A DNA stretch of 64,000 bases from Eledone cirrhosa (GCA_964016885.1 OZ024742.1:43462001-43526000); one strand, 5' to 3'; shown: positions 15,001 through 29,734, counted from the stretch's first letter. The notes: generated by a model not told the origin, from the letters alone. Numbers and translations are program-made.

Positions 15001-18000
15001 AGTATTAGTGGCTATAGATAGTATTAGTGGCTATAGATAGTATTATAGGCTATAGTTAGTATTAGTGGCTATAGATAGTATTAGAGGCTATAGTTAGTAT
15101 TAGTGGCTATAGATAGTATTAGAGGCTATAGATAGTATTAGAGGCTATAGTTAGTATTAGTGGCTATAGATAGTATTAGAGGCTATAGTTAGTATTAGTG
15201 GCTATAGATAGTATTAGAGACTATAGATAGTATTAGTGGCTATAGATAGTATTAGAGACTATAGTTAGTATTAGTGGCTATAGATAGTATTAGTGGCTAT
15301 AGATAGTATTAGTGGCTATAGTTAGTATTAGTGGCTATAGATAGTATTAGAGGCTATAGATAGTATTAGAGGCTATAGATAGTATTAGTGGCTATAGATA
15401 GTATTAGAGGCTATAGTTAGTATTAGTGGCTATAGATAGTATTAGAGACTATAGTTAGTATTAGTGGCTATAGATAGTATTAGTGGCTATAGTTAGTATT
15501 AGAGACTATCGTTAGTATTAGTGACTATAGATAGTATTAGTGGCTATAGATAGTATTAGAGACTATAGTTAGTATTAGTGACTATAGATAGTATTAGAGA
15601 CTATAGTTAGTATTAGTGGCTATAGATAGTATTAGAGACTATAGTTAGTATTAGTGGCTATAGATAGTATTAGTGGCTATAGATAGTATTAGAGGCTATA
15701 GTTAGTATTAGAGACTATAGTTAGTATTAGTGGCTATAGATAGTATTAGAGACTATAGTTAGTATTAGTGGCTATAGATAGTATTAGTGGCTATAGATAG
15801 TATTAGTGGCTATAGATAGTATTAGAGACTATAGTTAGTATTAGTGGCTATAGATAGTATTAGTGGCTATAGATAGTATTAGAGACTATAGTTAGTATTA
15901 GTGACTATAGATAGTATTAGAGACTATAGTTAGTATTAGTGGCTATAGATAGTATTAGTGGCTATAGTTAGTATTAGAGACTATAGTTAGTATTAGTGGC
16001 TATAGATAGTATTAGAGACTATAGTTAGTATTAGTGGCTATAGATAGTATTAGTGGCTATAGTTAGTATTAGAGACTATAGTTAGTATTAGTGGCTATAG
16101 ATAGTATTAGAGACTATAGTTAGTATTAGTGGCTATAGATAGTATTAGTGGCTATAGATAGTATTAGAGGCTATAGTTAGTATTAGAGACTATAGTTAGT
16201 ATTAGTGGCTATAGATAGTATTAGAGACTATAGTTAGTATTAGTGGCTATAGATAGTATTAGTGGCTATAGATAGTATTAGTGGCTATAGATAGTATTAG
16301 AGACTATAGTTAGTATTAGTGGCTATAGATAGTATTAGTGGCTATAGATAGTATTAGAGACTATAGTTAGTATTAGTGACTATAGATAGTATTAGAGACT
16401 ATAGTTAGTATTAGTGGCTATAGATAGTATTAGTGGCTATAGTTAGTATTAGAGACTATAGTTAGTATTAGTGGCTATAGATAGTATTAGAGACTATAGT
16501 TAGTATTAGTGGCTATAGATAGTATTAGTGGCTATAGATAGTATTAGAGGCTATAGTTAGTATTAGTGGCTATAGATAGTATTAGTGGCTATAGATAGTA
16601 TTAGTGGCTATAGATAGTATTAGTGGTTATAGTTAGTATTAGTGGCTATAGTTAGTATTAGTGGCTATAATAGTATTAGTGGCTATAGTTAGTATTAGTG
16701 GCTATAGATAGTATTAGTGGTTATAGTTAGTATTAGTGGCTATAGATAGTATTAGTGGCTATAGATAGTATTAGTGGTTATAGTTAGTATTAGTGGCTAT
16801 AGTTAGTATTAGTGGCTATAGATAGTATTAGTGGCTATAGTTAGTATTAGTGGCTATAATAGTATTAGTGGCTATAGTTAGTATTAGTGTCTATAGATAG
16901 TATTAGTGGCTATAGATAGTATTAGTGGCTATAATAGTATTAGTGGCTATAGTTAGTATTAGTGGCTATAGTTTGTATTAGAGGCTATATATAGTATTAG
17001 TGGCTATAGATAGTATTAGAGACTATAGTTAGTATTAGTGGCTATAGATAGTATTAGAGACTATAGTTAGTATTAGTGGCTATAGATAGTATTAGTGGCT
17101 ATAGATAGTATTAGTGGCTATAGATAGTATTAGTGGCTATAGATAGTATTAGTGGCAATAGATAGTATTAGAGGCTATAGTTAGTATTAGTGGCTATAGA
17201 TAGTATTAGTGGCTATAGATAGTATTAGTGGCTATAGATAGTATTAGTGGTTATAGTTAGTATTAGTGGTTATAGTTAGTATTAGTGGCTATAGATAGTA
17301 TTAGTGGCTATAGATAGTATTAGAGGCTATAGATAGTATTAGAGGCTATAGATAGTATTAGAGGCTATAGATAGTATTAGAGGCTATAGTTAGTATTAGT
17401 GGTTATAGATAGTATTAGTGGCTATAGATAGTATTAGAGGCTATAGATTGTATTAGTGGCTATAGATAGTATTATAGGCTATAGTTAGTATTAGTGTCTA
17501 TAGATAGTATTAGAGGCTATAGTTAGTATTAGTGGCTATAGATAGTATTAGAGGCTATAGATAGTATTAGAGGCTATAGTTAGTATTAGTGGCTATAGAT
17601 AGTATTAGAGGCTATAGTTACTATTAGTGGCTATAGATAGTATTAGAGGCTATAGTTAGTATTAGTGGCTATAGTTAGTATTAGAGGCTATAGATAGTAT
17701 TAGTGGCTATAGTTAGTATTAGTGGCTATATTTAGTATTAGTGGCTATAGATAGTATTAGAGGCTATAGATAGTATTAGTGGCTATAGTTAGTATTAGTG
17801 GCTATAGATAGTATTAGAGGCTATAGATAGTATTAGAGGCTATAGATAGTATTAGAGGTTATAGTTAGTATTAATGGCTATAGATAGTATTAGTGGCTAT
17901 AGATAGTATTAGAGGCTATAGATAGTATTAGTGGCTATAAATAGTATTAGTGGCTATAGTTAGTATTAGTGGCTATAGATAGTATTAGGGGCTATAGATA

Positions 18001-21000
18001 GTATTAGAGGCTATAGATAGTATTAGTGGCTATAATAGTATTAGTGGCTATAGTTAGTATTAGTGGCTATAGATAGTATTAGTGGTTATAGATAGTATTA
18101 GAGGCTATAGATAGTATTAGAGGCTATAGATAGTATTAGTGGCTATAATAGTATTAGTGGCTATAGTTAGTATTAGTGGCTATAGATAGTATTAGTGGTT
18201 ATAGTTAGTATTAGTGGCTATAGATTGTATTAGTGGCTATAGATAGTATTAGAGGCTATAGATAGTATTAGAGGCTATAGATAGTATTAGAGACTATAGA
18301 TAGTATTAGTGGCTATAGTTAGTATTAGTGGTTATAGATAGTATTAGTGGCTATAGATAGTATTAGAGGCTATAGATAGTATTAGTGGCTATAGATAGTA
18401 TTATAGGCTATAGTTAGTATTAGTGGCTATAGATAGTATTAGAGGCTATAGTTAGTATTAGTGGCTATAGATAGTATTAGAGGCTATAGATAGTATTAGA
18501 GGCTATAGTTAGTATTAGTGGCTATAGATAGTATTAGAGGCTATAGTTAGTATTAGTGGCTATAGATAGTATTAGAGGCTATAGATAGTATTAGAGGCTA
18601 TAGATAGTATTAGTGGCTATAGATAGTATTAGAGGCTATAGTTAGTATTAGTGGCTATAGATAGTATTAGAGGCTATAGTTAGTATTAGTGGCTATAGAT
18701 AGTATTAGTGGCTATAGTTAGTATTAGAGACTATCGTTAGTATTAGTGACTATAGATAGTATTAGTGGCTATAGATAGTATTAGAGACTATAGTTAGTAT
18801 TAGTGACTATAGATAGTATTAGAGACTATAGTTAGTATTAGTGGCTATAGATAGTATTAGAGACTATAGTTAGTATTAGTGGCTATAAATAGTATTAGTG
18901 GCTATAGATAGTATTAGAGGCTATAGTTAGTATTAGAGACTATAGTTAGTATTAGTGGCTATAGATAGTATTAGAGACTATAGTTAGTATTAGTGGCTAT
19001 AGATAGTATTAGTGGCTATAGATAGTATTAGTGGCTATAGATAGTATTAGAGACTATAGTTAGTATTAGTGGCTATAGATAGTATTAGTGGCTATAGATA
19101 GTATTAGAGACTATAGTTAGTATTAGTGACTATAGATAGTATTAGAGACTATAGTTAGTATTAGTGGCTATAGATAGTATTAGTGGCTATAGTTAGTATT
19201 AGAGACTATAGTTAGTATTAGTGGCTATAGATAGTATTAGAGACTATAGTTAGTATTAGTGGCTATAGATAGTATTCGTGGCTATAGTTAGTATTAGAGA
19301 CTATAGTTAGTATTAGTGGCTATAGATAGTATTAGAGACTATAGTTAGTATTAGTGGCTATAGATAGTATTAGTGGCTATAGATAGTATTAGAGGCTATA
19401 GTTAGTATTAGAGACTATAGTTAGTATTAGTGGCTATAGATAGTATTAGAGACTATAGTTAGTATTAGTGGCTATAGATAGTATTAGTGGCTATAGATAG
19501 TATTAGTGGCTATAGATAGTATTAGAGACTATAGTTAGTATTAGTGGCTATAGATAGTATTAGTGGCTATAGATAGTATTAGAGACTATAGTTAGTATTA
19601 GTGACTATAGATAGTATTAGAGACTATAGTTAGTATTAGTGGCTATAGATAGTATTAGTGGCTATAGTTAGTATTAGAGACTATAGTTAGTATTAGTGGC
19701 TATAGATAGTATTAGAGACTATAGTTAGTATTAGTGGCTATAGATAGTATTAGTGGCTATAGATAGTATTAGAGGCTATAGTTAGTATTAGTGGCTATAG
19801 ATAGTATTAGTGGCTATAGATAGTATTAGTGGCTATAGATAGTATTAGTGGTTATAGTTAGTATTAGTGGCTATAGTTAGTATTAGTGGCTATAATAGTA
19901 TTAGTGGCTATAGTTAGTATTAGTGGCTATAGATAGTATTAGTGGTTATAGTTAGTATTAGTGGCTATAGATAGTATTAGTGGCTATAGATAGTATTAGT
20001 GGTTATAGTTAGTATTAGTGGCTATAGTTAGTATTAGTGGCTATAGATAGTATTAGTGGCTATAGTTAGTATTAGTGGCTATAATAGTATTAGTGGCTAT
20101 AGTTAGTATTAGTGTCTATAGATAGTATTAGTGGCTATAGATAGTATTAGTGGCTATAATAGTATTAGTGGCTATAGTTAGTATTAGTGGCTATAGTTTG
20201 TATTAGAGGCTATATATAGTATTAGTGGCTATAGATAGTATTAGAGACTATAGTTAGTATTAGTGGCTATAGATAGTATTAGAGACTATAGTTAGTATTA
20301 GTGGCTATAGTTAGTATTAGTGGCTATAGATAGTATTAGTGGCTATAGATAGTATTAGTGGCTATAGATAGTATTAGTGGCTATAGATAGTATTAGTGGC
20401 TATAATAGTATTAGAGGCTATAGTTAGTATTAGTGGCTATAGATAGTATTAGAGGCTATAGTTACTATTAGTGGCTATAGATAGTATTAGAGGCTATAGA
20501 TAGTATTAGTGGCTATAGTTAGTATTAGAGGCTATAGATAGTATTAGTGGCTATAGTTAGTATTAGTGGCTATATTTAGTATTAGTGGCTATAGATAGTA
20601 TTAGAGGCTATAGATAGTATTAGTGGCTATAGTTAGTATTAGTGGCTATAGATAGTATTAGAGGCTATAGATAGTATTAGAGGCTATAGATAGTATTAGA
20701 GGTTATAGTTAGTATTAATGGCTATAGATAGTATTAGTGGCTATAGTTAGTATTAGTGGCTATAGATAGTATTAGAGGCTATAGATAGTATTAGTGGCTA
20801 TAAATAGTATTAGTGGCTATAGTTAGTATTAGTGGCTATAGATAGTATTAGGGGCTATAGATAGTATTAGAGGCTATAGATAGTATTAGTGGCTATAATA
20901 TTATTAGTGGCTATAGTTAGTATTAGTGGCTATAGATAGTATTAGTGGTTATAGATAGTATTAGAGGCTATAGATAGTATTAGAGGCTATAGATAGTATT

Positions 21001-24000
21001 AGAGACTATAGTTAGTATTAGTGGCTATAGATAGTATTAGTGGCTATAGTTAGTATTAGAGACTATAGTTAGTATTAGTGGCTATAGATAGTATTAGAGA
21101 CTATAGTTAGTATTAGTGGCTATAGATAGTATTAGTGGCTATAGATAGTATTAGAGGCTATAGTTAGTATTAGTGGCTATAGATAGTATTAGTGGCTATA
21201 GATAGTATTAGTGGCTATAGATAGTATTAGTGGTTATAGTTAGTATTAGTGGCTATAGTTAGTATTAGTGGCTATAATAGTATTAGTGGCTATAGTTAGT
21301 ATTAGTGGCTATAGATAGTATTAGTGGTTATAGTTAGTATTAGTGGCTATAGATAGTATTAGTGGCTATAGATAGTATTAGTGGTTATAGTTAGTATTAG
21401 TGGCTATAGTTAGTATTAGTGGCTATAGATAGTATTAGTGGCTATAGTTAGTATTAGTGGCTATAATAGTATTAGTGGCTATAGTTAGTATTAGTGTCTA
21501 TAGATAGTATTAGTGGCTATAGATAGTATTAGTGGCTATAATAGTATTAGTGGCTATAGTTAGTATTAGTGGCTATAGTTTGTATTAGAGGCTATATATA
21601 GTATTAGTGGCTATAGATAGTATTAGAGACTATAGTTAGTATTAGTGGCTATAGATAGTATTAGAGACTATAGTTAGTATTAGTGGCTATAGTTAGTATT
21701 AGTGGCTATAGATAGTATTAGTGGCTATAGATAGTATTAGTGGCTATAGATAGTATTAGTGGCTATAGATAGTATTAGTGGCTATAATAGTATTAGAGGC
21801 TATAGTTAGTATTAGTGGCTATAGATAGTATTAGAGGCTATAGTTACTATTAGTGGCTATAGATAGTATTAGAGGCTATAGATAGTATTAGTGGCTATAG
21901 TTAGTATTAGAGGCTATAGATAGTATTAGTGGCTATAGTTAGTATTAGTGGCTATATTTAGTATTAGTGGCTATAGATAGTATTAGAGGCTATAGATAGT
22001 ATTAGTGGCTATAGTTAGTATTAGTGGCTATAGATAGTATTAGAGGCTATAGATAGTATTAGAGGCTATAGATAGTATTAGAGGTTATAGTTAGTATTAA
22101 TGGCTATAGATAGTATTAGTGGCTATAGTTAGTATTAGTGGCTATAGATAGTATTAGGGGCTATAGATAGTATTAGAGGCTATAGATAGTATTAGTGGCT
22201 ATAATAGTATTAGTGGCTATAGTTAGTATTAGTGGCTATAGTTAGTATTAGTGGCTATAGATTGTATTAGTGGCTATAGATAGTATTAGAGGCTATAGAT
22301 AGTATTAGAGGCTATAGATAGTATTAGAGACTATAGATAGTATTAGTGGCTATAGTTAGTATTAGTGGTTATAGATAGTATTAGTGGCTATAGATAGTAT
22401 TAGAGGCTATAGATAGTATTAGAGGCTATAGATAGTATTAGTGGCTATAGATAGTATTAGTGGCTATAGATAGTATTATAGGCTATAGTTAGTATTAGTG
22501 GCTATAGATAGTATTAGAGGCTATAGTTAGTATTAGTGGCTATAGATAGTATTAGAGGCTATAGATAGTATTAGAGGCTATAGTTAGTATTAGTGGCTAT
22601 AGATAGTATTAGAGGCTATAGTTAGTATTAGTGGCTATAGATAGTATTAGAGACTATAGATAGTATTAGTGGCTATAGATAGTATTAGAGACTATAGTTA
22701 GTATTAGTGGCTATAGATAGTATTAGTGGCTATAGATAGTATTAGTGGCTATAGTTAGTATTAGTGGCTATAGATAGTATTAGAGGCTATAGATAGTATT
22801 AGAGGCTATAGATAGTATTAGTGGCTATAGATAGTATTAGAGGCTATAGTTAGTATTAGTGGCTATAGATAGTATTAGAGACTATAGTTAGTATTAGTGG
22901 CTATAGATAGTATTAGTGGCTATAGTTAGTATTAGAGACTATCGTTAGTATTAGTGACTATAGATAGTATTAGTGGCTATAGATAGTATTAGAGACTATA
23001 GTTAGTATTAGTGACTATAGATAGTATTAGAGACTATAGTTAGTATTAGTGGCTATAGATAGTATTAGAGACTATAGTTAGTATTAGTGGCTATAGATAG
23101 TATTAGTGGCTATAGATAGTATTAGAGGCTATAGTTAGTATTAGAGACTATAGTTAGTATTAGTGGCTATAGATAGTATTAGAGACTATAGTTAGTATTA
23201 GTGGCTATAGATAGTATTAGTGGCTATAGATAGTATTAGTGGCTATAGATAGTATTAGAGACTATAGTTAGTATTAGTGGCTATAGATAGTATTAGTGGC
23301 TATAGATAGTATTAGAGACTATAGTTAGTATTAGTGACTATAGATAGTATTAGAGACTATAGTTAGTATTAGTGGCTATAGATAGTATTAGTGGCTATAG
23401 TTAGTATTAGAGACTATAGTTAGTATTAGTGGCTATAGATAGTATTAGAGACTATAGTTAGTATTAGTGGCTATAGATAGTATTAGTGGCTATAGTTAGT
23501 ATTAGAGACTATAGTTAGTATTAGTGGCTATAGATAGTATTAGAGACTATAGTTAGTATTAGTGGCTATAGATAGTATTAGTGGCTATAGATAGTATTAG
23601 TGGCTATAGTTAGTATTAGAGACTATAGTTAGTATTAGTGGCTATAGATAGTATTAGTGGCTATAGATAGTATTAGAGACTATAGTTAGTATTAGTGACT
23701 ATAGATAGTATTAGAGACTATAGTTAGTATTAGTGGCTATAGATAGTATTAGTGGCTATAGTTAGTATTAGAGACTATAGTTAGTATTAGTGGCTATAGA
23801 TAGTATTAGAGACTATAGTTAGTATTAGTGGCTATAGATAGTATTAGTGGCTATAGATAGTATTAGAGGCTATAGTTAGTATTAGTGGCTATAGATAGTA
23901 TTAGTGGCTATAGATAGTATTAGTGGCTATAGATAGTATTAGTGGTTATAGTTAGTATTAGTGGCTATAGTTAGTATTAGTGGCTATAATAGTATTAGTG

Positions 24001-26440
24001 GCTATAGTTAGTATTAGTGGCTATAGATAGTATTAGTGGTTATAGTTAGTATTAGTGGCTATAGATAGTATTAGTGGCTATAGATAGTATTAGTGGTTAT
24101 AGTTAGTATTAGTGGCTATAGTTAGTATTAGTGGCTATAGATAGTATTAGTGGCTATAGTTAGTATTAGTGGCTATAATAGTATTAGTGGCTATAGTTAG
24201 TATTAGTGTCTATAGATAGTATTAGTGGCTATAGATAGTATTAGTGGCTATAATAGTATTAGTGGCTATAGTTAGTATTAGTGGCTATAGTTTGTATTAG
24301 AGGCTATATATAGTATTAGTGGCTATAGATAGTATTAGAGACTATAGTTAGTATTAGTGGCTATAGATAGTATTAGAGACTATAGTTAGTATTAGTGGCT
24401 ATAGATAGTATTAGTGGCTATAGATAGTATTAGTGGCTATAGATAGTATTAGAGACTATAGTTAGTATTAGTGACTATAGATAGTATTAGAGACTATAGT
24501 TAGTATTAGTGGCTATAGATAGTATTAGAGACTATAGTTAGTATTAGTGGCTATAGATAGTATTAGTGGCTATAGATAGTATTAGAGGCTATAGTTAGTA
24601 TTAGAGACTATAGTTAGTATTAGTGGCTATAGATAGTATTAGAGACTATAGTTAGTATTAGTGGCTATAGATAGTATTAGTGGCTATAGATAGTATTAGT
24701 GGCTATAGATAGTATTAGAGACTATAGTTAGTATTAGTGGCTATAGATAGTATTAGTGGCTATAGATAGTATTAGAGACTATAGTTAGTATTAGTGACTA
24801 TAGATAGTATTAGAGACTATAGTTAGTATTAGTGGCTATAGATAGTATTAGTGGCTATAGTTAGTATTAGAGACTATAGTTAGTATTAGTGGCTATAGAT
24901 AGTATTAGAGACTATAGTTAGTATTAGTGGCTATAGATAGTATTAGTGGCTATAGTTAGTATTAGAGACTATAGTTAGTATTAGTGGCTATAGATAGTAT
25001 TAGAGACTATAGTTAGTATTAGTGGCTATAGATAGTATTAGTGGCTATAGATAGTATTAGTCGCTATAGTTAGTATTAGAGACTATAGTTAGTATTAGTG
25101 GCTATAGATAGTATTAGTGGCTATAGATAGTATTAGAGACTATAGTTAGTATTAGTGACTATAGATAGTATTAGAGACTATAGTTAGTATTAGTGGCTAT
25201 AGATAGTATTAGTGGCTATAGTTAGTATTAGAGACTATAGTTAGTATTAGTGGCTATAGATAGTATTAGAGACTATAGTTAGTATTAGTGGCTATAGATA
25301 GTATTAGTGGCTATAGATAGTATTAGAGGCTATAGTTAGTATTAGTGGCTATAGATAGTATTAGTGGCTATAGATAGTATTAGTGGCTATAGATAGTATT
25401 AGTGGTTATAGTTAGTATTAGTGGCTATAGTTAGTATTAGTGGCTATAATAGTATTAGTGGCTATAGTTAGTATTAGTGGCTATAGATAGTATTAGTGGT
25501 TATAGTTAGTATTAGTGGCTATAGATAGTATTAGTGGCTATAGATAGTATTAGTGGTTATAGTTAGTATTAGTGGCTATAGTTAGTATTAGTGGCTATAG
25601 ATAGTATTAGTGGCTATAGTTAGTATTAGTGGCTATAATAGTATTAGTGGCTATAGTTAGTATTAGTGTCTATAGATAGTATTAGTGGCTATAGATAGTA
25701 TTAGTGGCTATAATAGTATTAGTGGCTATAGTTAGTATTAGTGGCTATAGTTTGTATTAGAGGCTATATATAGTATTAGTGGCTATAGATAGTATTAGAG
25801 ACTATAGTTAGTATTAGTGGCTATAGATAGTATTAGAGACTATAGTTAGTATTAGTGGCTATAGATAGTATTAGTGGCTATAGATAGTATTAGTGGCTAT
25901 AGATAGTATTAGTGGCTATAGATAGTATTAGTGGCAATAGATAGTATTAGAGACTATATTTAGTATTAGTGGCTATAGATAGTATTAGAGACTATAGTTA
26001 GTATTAGTGGCTATAGATAGTATTAGAGACTATAGTTAGTATTAGTGGCTATAGTTAGTATTAGTGGCTATAGATAGTATTAGTGGCTATAGATAGTATT
26101 AGAGGCTATAGATAGTATTAGTGGCTATAGTTAGTATTAGTGGCTATAGTTAGTATTAGTGGCTATAGTTAGTATTAGGGGCTATATATAGTATTAGTGG
26201 CTATAGTTAGTATTAGTGGCTATAGATAGTATTAGAGGCTATAAATAGTATTAGTGGCTATAGATAGTATTAGGGGCTATATATAGTATTAGTGGCTATA
26301 GATAGCATTAGAGGCTATAGATAGTATTAGTGGCTATAGATAGTATTAGAGGCTATAAATAGTATTAGTGGCTATAGATAGTATTAGTGGCTTCAGTCCT
26401 GGTGTCTATAGTTAGTATTGCTGTCTATAGTTAGCATATA
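1..26440. repeat. 19-bp satellite array, consensus GGCTATAG(A/T)TAGTATTAG(T/A), about 1,390 units, open at the left window edge
   Basis: Uninterrupted tandem units from base 1 to ~26390, then decayed units (TGTCTATAGTTAGTATTG). Recurrent variants include GAGACT, GTGACT, GGTTAT, TTAGGGG and an 18-bp deletion unit. Stop codons on both strands, and no ORF in the track. Confidence 0.99.
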
Positions 26441-26499
26441 TATATACCAGTATTTCAGTGTAAAGACTAACACACAGTGGTGAATTAGGGTTGATGTTC

Positions 26500-26668
26500 T
26501 GACTAGGCCAGCAAATACCCCAGTGAATTACTGGTGCTTTATTTTATCGACACCATAGGAATGAAAGGCAAAGTTAACCTCTGCGGGATTTGAACTGAGA
26601 CCGTAAAAGGCCGTAACTCTATGTTGTAAAGCAAAACGTCCAACCCTCTACCGATACTGGTAATCATG
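26500..26668 (-). mobile_element. tRNA-derived SINE (family A), degraded
   Basis: Reverse complement matches the copies at 52579-52975 (GTTCAAATCCC B-box, TTTGCCTTTCAT...GATAAAATAAA). Confidence 0.8.
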
Positions 26669-27029
26669 ACATTGACTTGTTACAAGGGGCATAATTCTAT
26701 TAAACCTACATGTCTAAGCTGGATAATTTCCCTTAGATTTGTCAAAACTTTAATCATCATCATAGAAAAATATTAAGTAAATACCTTAAGAAGAATTTCT
26801 GAGAATATTCTTAGATTGGGAAAAAACTGGGGACAAATTCCTGAAAAATGATATATATTATAGAATGGTAGGAAAATGTTTAAAGAAATGATATATGAGT
26901 GAAAGCTACACTTGCTATCTTCAATTTGGTATTTGTGCCTATCCTTAACCTGACCAAAAGAATATGATTGAGAATACATTTGGCCCAAATGGGGTTCCAC
27001 TGAAAATTCTATAGACTAACATTGTTAGA

Positions 27030-27350
27030 TGGATGTGTAGCTCAAATATAAAGGAGTTGTTGCATGTAAAGTCACTACTTCTCCACATTGAAAGATCACA
27101 CTTCTGGAACTATGAACATGTAGTTAGAATGTCTAAGGAAAGAATCACAGAGCAGATTTTATTGGAAAAGCCAACCAGCAGAAGACCAAGAGGTAGACCC
27201 CCAAGCAAGATGGTTGGATAACATTAATAATCTCAGTTGGTTTTGTTTGGAGATTTAGCCAAATCATTTTGAAATGGTTGCTTCTAATAGGACCCTCTGG
27301 AAGACATGTTTGAGGACTCAGCCCCAACAACTCTCTCAAGAAGAAGAAAT
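27030..27350 (+). mobile_element. Degenerate RTE-type LINE 3' fragment
   Basis: Translation LLLHIERSHFWNYEHVVRMSKERI...PTSRRPRGRPP resembles the RTE C-terminus (LRWxGHVxRM...GxRPRGRP). Ends in a short (AAG)n tail. Confidence 0.7.
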
Positions 27351-28034
27351 GTGTATGTAGAAATCATACCTAAAAGGGTTGAGCAGACTGCTCAGTTGCA
27401 TCAACGGCACAACTTCCCCTGTGTTGGTGACCTACATGATAAATTCACCCAGTACATTCTGTAGAGTGGTTGGTGATAAGGAAGGACATCCAATCATAGA
27501 AAGCTTGCCAAATATAGGATTGGGAGGACTCTTCAGTTGTGTCAAGGTCACAAACCATGATGTAATAAGTTAAATCACTCAATGTTATGCAAATCATCCA
27601 TCGTAGATGTGGAATCTCGTACTTGGTGCAGAGACAGAGCTAAATATGTATTTAAAAGACAACATAAGGCCAGACTTGAAATATTCTATATATGTTGCAA
27701 AATCACAATACGTATTTCTATCACCTGGTTACATCATCATATCATGACATAAGACTTAGGCGATGTCATCAGGTGTAGATTGTAAAAATTAGATAATCAA
27801 TAACAGGATTATGGCAAACATAAACAGAATAAACTTGATTTGGAGACGCCCTGCCATTTGGTGCAATTGTTGTGACAAACCACCTTTGAATGTCACACAC
27901 TCAGCAATACTGAGTGTTGGGAGTTGGTAAGTGCAATCAAGGAGGGTGGGCGTTGCTTGGTAGTGTCAGAGATTCTGCTGACCTCAGATAATGCCACACC
28001 ATTAATCAGAACCAACAATCTGCCATTCAGACAC

Positions 28035-29250
28035 AATAATGAAATATTGTGTACAGTGCTCACGTGCACTACAACTCATCAAAAAGTGTATGTATAGTAC
28101 ATAGGGTAATGTACAAACGTCAGGAAAATGAACAGGGCATGAGTCATGATATACACATGTGTGCATGTGTATGGAAGGGGTACATCAGATGTGGTTTGGC
28201 GTATTTCGGGAAGCATGAGGGTTTTAAAGGATGCAGTGTCTTGGCAGCTAACAACTGACGCAGGCGGTTTGTTCCATGCTTCAGCAACTCTGAGCGTAAA
28301 AAAATGTTTACAAAAGTCATGGGAGCTGTGCTGTTTTCTGATTTTGTAGGCATGTCCACGTGTGTTAGACACATGGAGATCAAAAAGGTGCTCACAGTTG
28401 TTGTTGGCAAGATGGTTAATAACCAAGTCCATTGCCAGGCGTTGGAGCTTCAATGAATCCATGCCCAGGGAAGCAAGGCGTTCAGAGTATGGTAGGTGTC
28501 TGATGGAGGGTATGCGCTTGGTTGCATGTCTCTGAACAGTTTCCAGGAGGTCAATGTTCTGAGCAAGATAGGGGTTCCAGACTGATGATGCGAATTCCAA
28601 GTGTGGTCGTACCATAGCTGTATACAGTTTTAAATAGATGGCTGGAGAGCGGCTAACAAAGGTCTTGCTGAGTGATGCCAAGACACCCTCGGCCTTCTTG
28701 ACAATCTTAGAGACATGCTTTGTCCAACGCAAATCGCTGCTGACAGTAATGCCCAGGTCACGTTCACTAGAGGACTTCTTGATATCAGTGTTGTGGAGGG
28801 AGTATGTGGACCTTGGATTGTTCATACCAAAATGCATGGTGGTACACTTGTCCACAGCCAGCTTCAGTTGCCAGTCTGTGATCCATTGCTGCATTGTGTC
28901 CAGGTCTGATTGTAGGAAAGAGTTGTAGATTTCAGGATCAGTCCTTTTGAAATCAAGGTACAGCTTGATGTCATCTGCATATTTCAGTACCGTGGCATTC
29001 TTTAAGTTGGCATCTATGTCATTAATATATGCCACAAACAAAAGGGGACCAAGAAGAGATCCCTGTGGTACACCAGATGACATCTCATATGGTGAAGAAT
29101 GCTGTCCTAGAACCGTGACTACCTCTTTTCGGCTGAGAATGAAGGATTTCAACCAGTTAAAAAGATCATCCCTCACACCCATTGCAGAGAGTTTTGCCAT
29201 AAGTCTTTTGTGTGGCACAGAATTAAAAGCCTTAGCAAAGTAAATTATGT
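28035..29250 (-). mobile_element. CR1-type LINE, 5'-truncated (RT core plus C-terminus)
   Basis: ORF 28079-29287 contains FAKAFNSVPH, SGVPQGSLLGPLLF, YADDIKLY, ERDLGI, VRPHLEF..WNPY and TRGH..K..FF..RV...WN. The 3' tail hairpin is followed by an AT-rich end. Confidence 0.92.
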
Positions 29251-29429
29251 GATGGCCTTCTCGTGAGACTGATGAACCAGCCCTCATAATTTCTGCAAAA
29301 TCCCAGAAAAAGTTCCAGTGACCAAGTATTTAAAATATACTAACGAAAGGGGAAATTTCTCAAACACTCAGTTCAATTAATTCCAAGCACTCAAATTATA
29401 GAACCAAATCCCAGTGTCTTGCATGTAAC

Positions 29430-29590
29430 TCCATATCCAGTTAGAATTCTCTCACCTCTTTCTGTTCAAACCAGCCATAACCAGCCACTCATACTGATGT
29501 TAAGGTATTGTTCTCAAAATAAATAATATCAAAATCTCATAGATTTGATATGTGAGGTAAAGCTTTTACCACAAAAATACAATATGGGTT
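29430..29590 (+). mobile_element. Internal fragment of the piggyBac-type MITE family (no TIRs seen)
   Basis: Matches the interior of 34552-34760 (CACCTCTTTCTGTTCAAACCAGCC...GGTATTGTTCTCAAAATAAA). Confidence 0.75.
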
Positions 29591-29734
29591 AATAGAGGTT
29601 AGAGGTAAATAAATTACATAGTGGATAATTATAACTATAATATTAGTTTTAAAAAATGCAAGTAAATAGTTGAAGATGATTAATTAAATAAGTCGGTGGC
29701 TGGTGTTGTGTCAAAGGGGTTGTAAAGTGTAAAG

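Noticed and set aside
1-26400. CRISPR array or repetitive coding sequence
   Set aside because: There are no unique spacers and no cas genes, and TAG/TAA stops occur on both strands.
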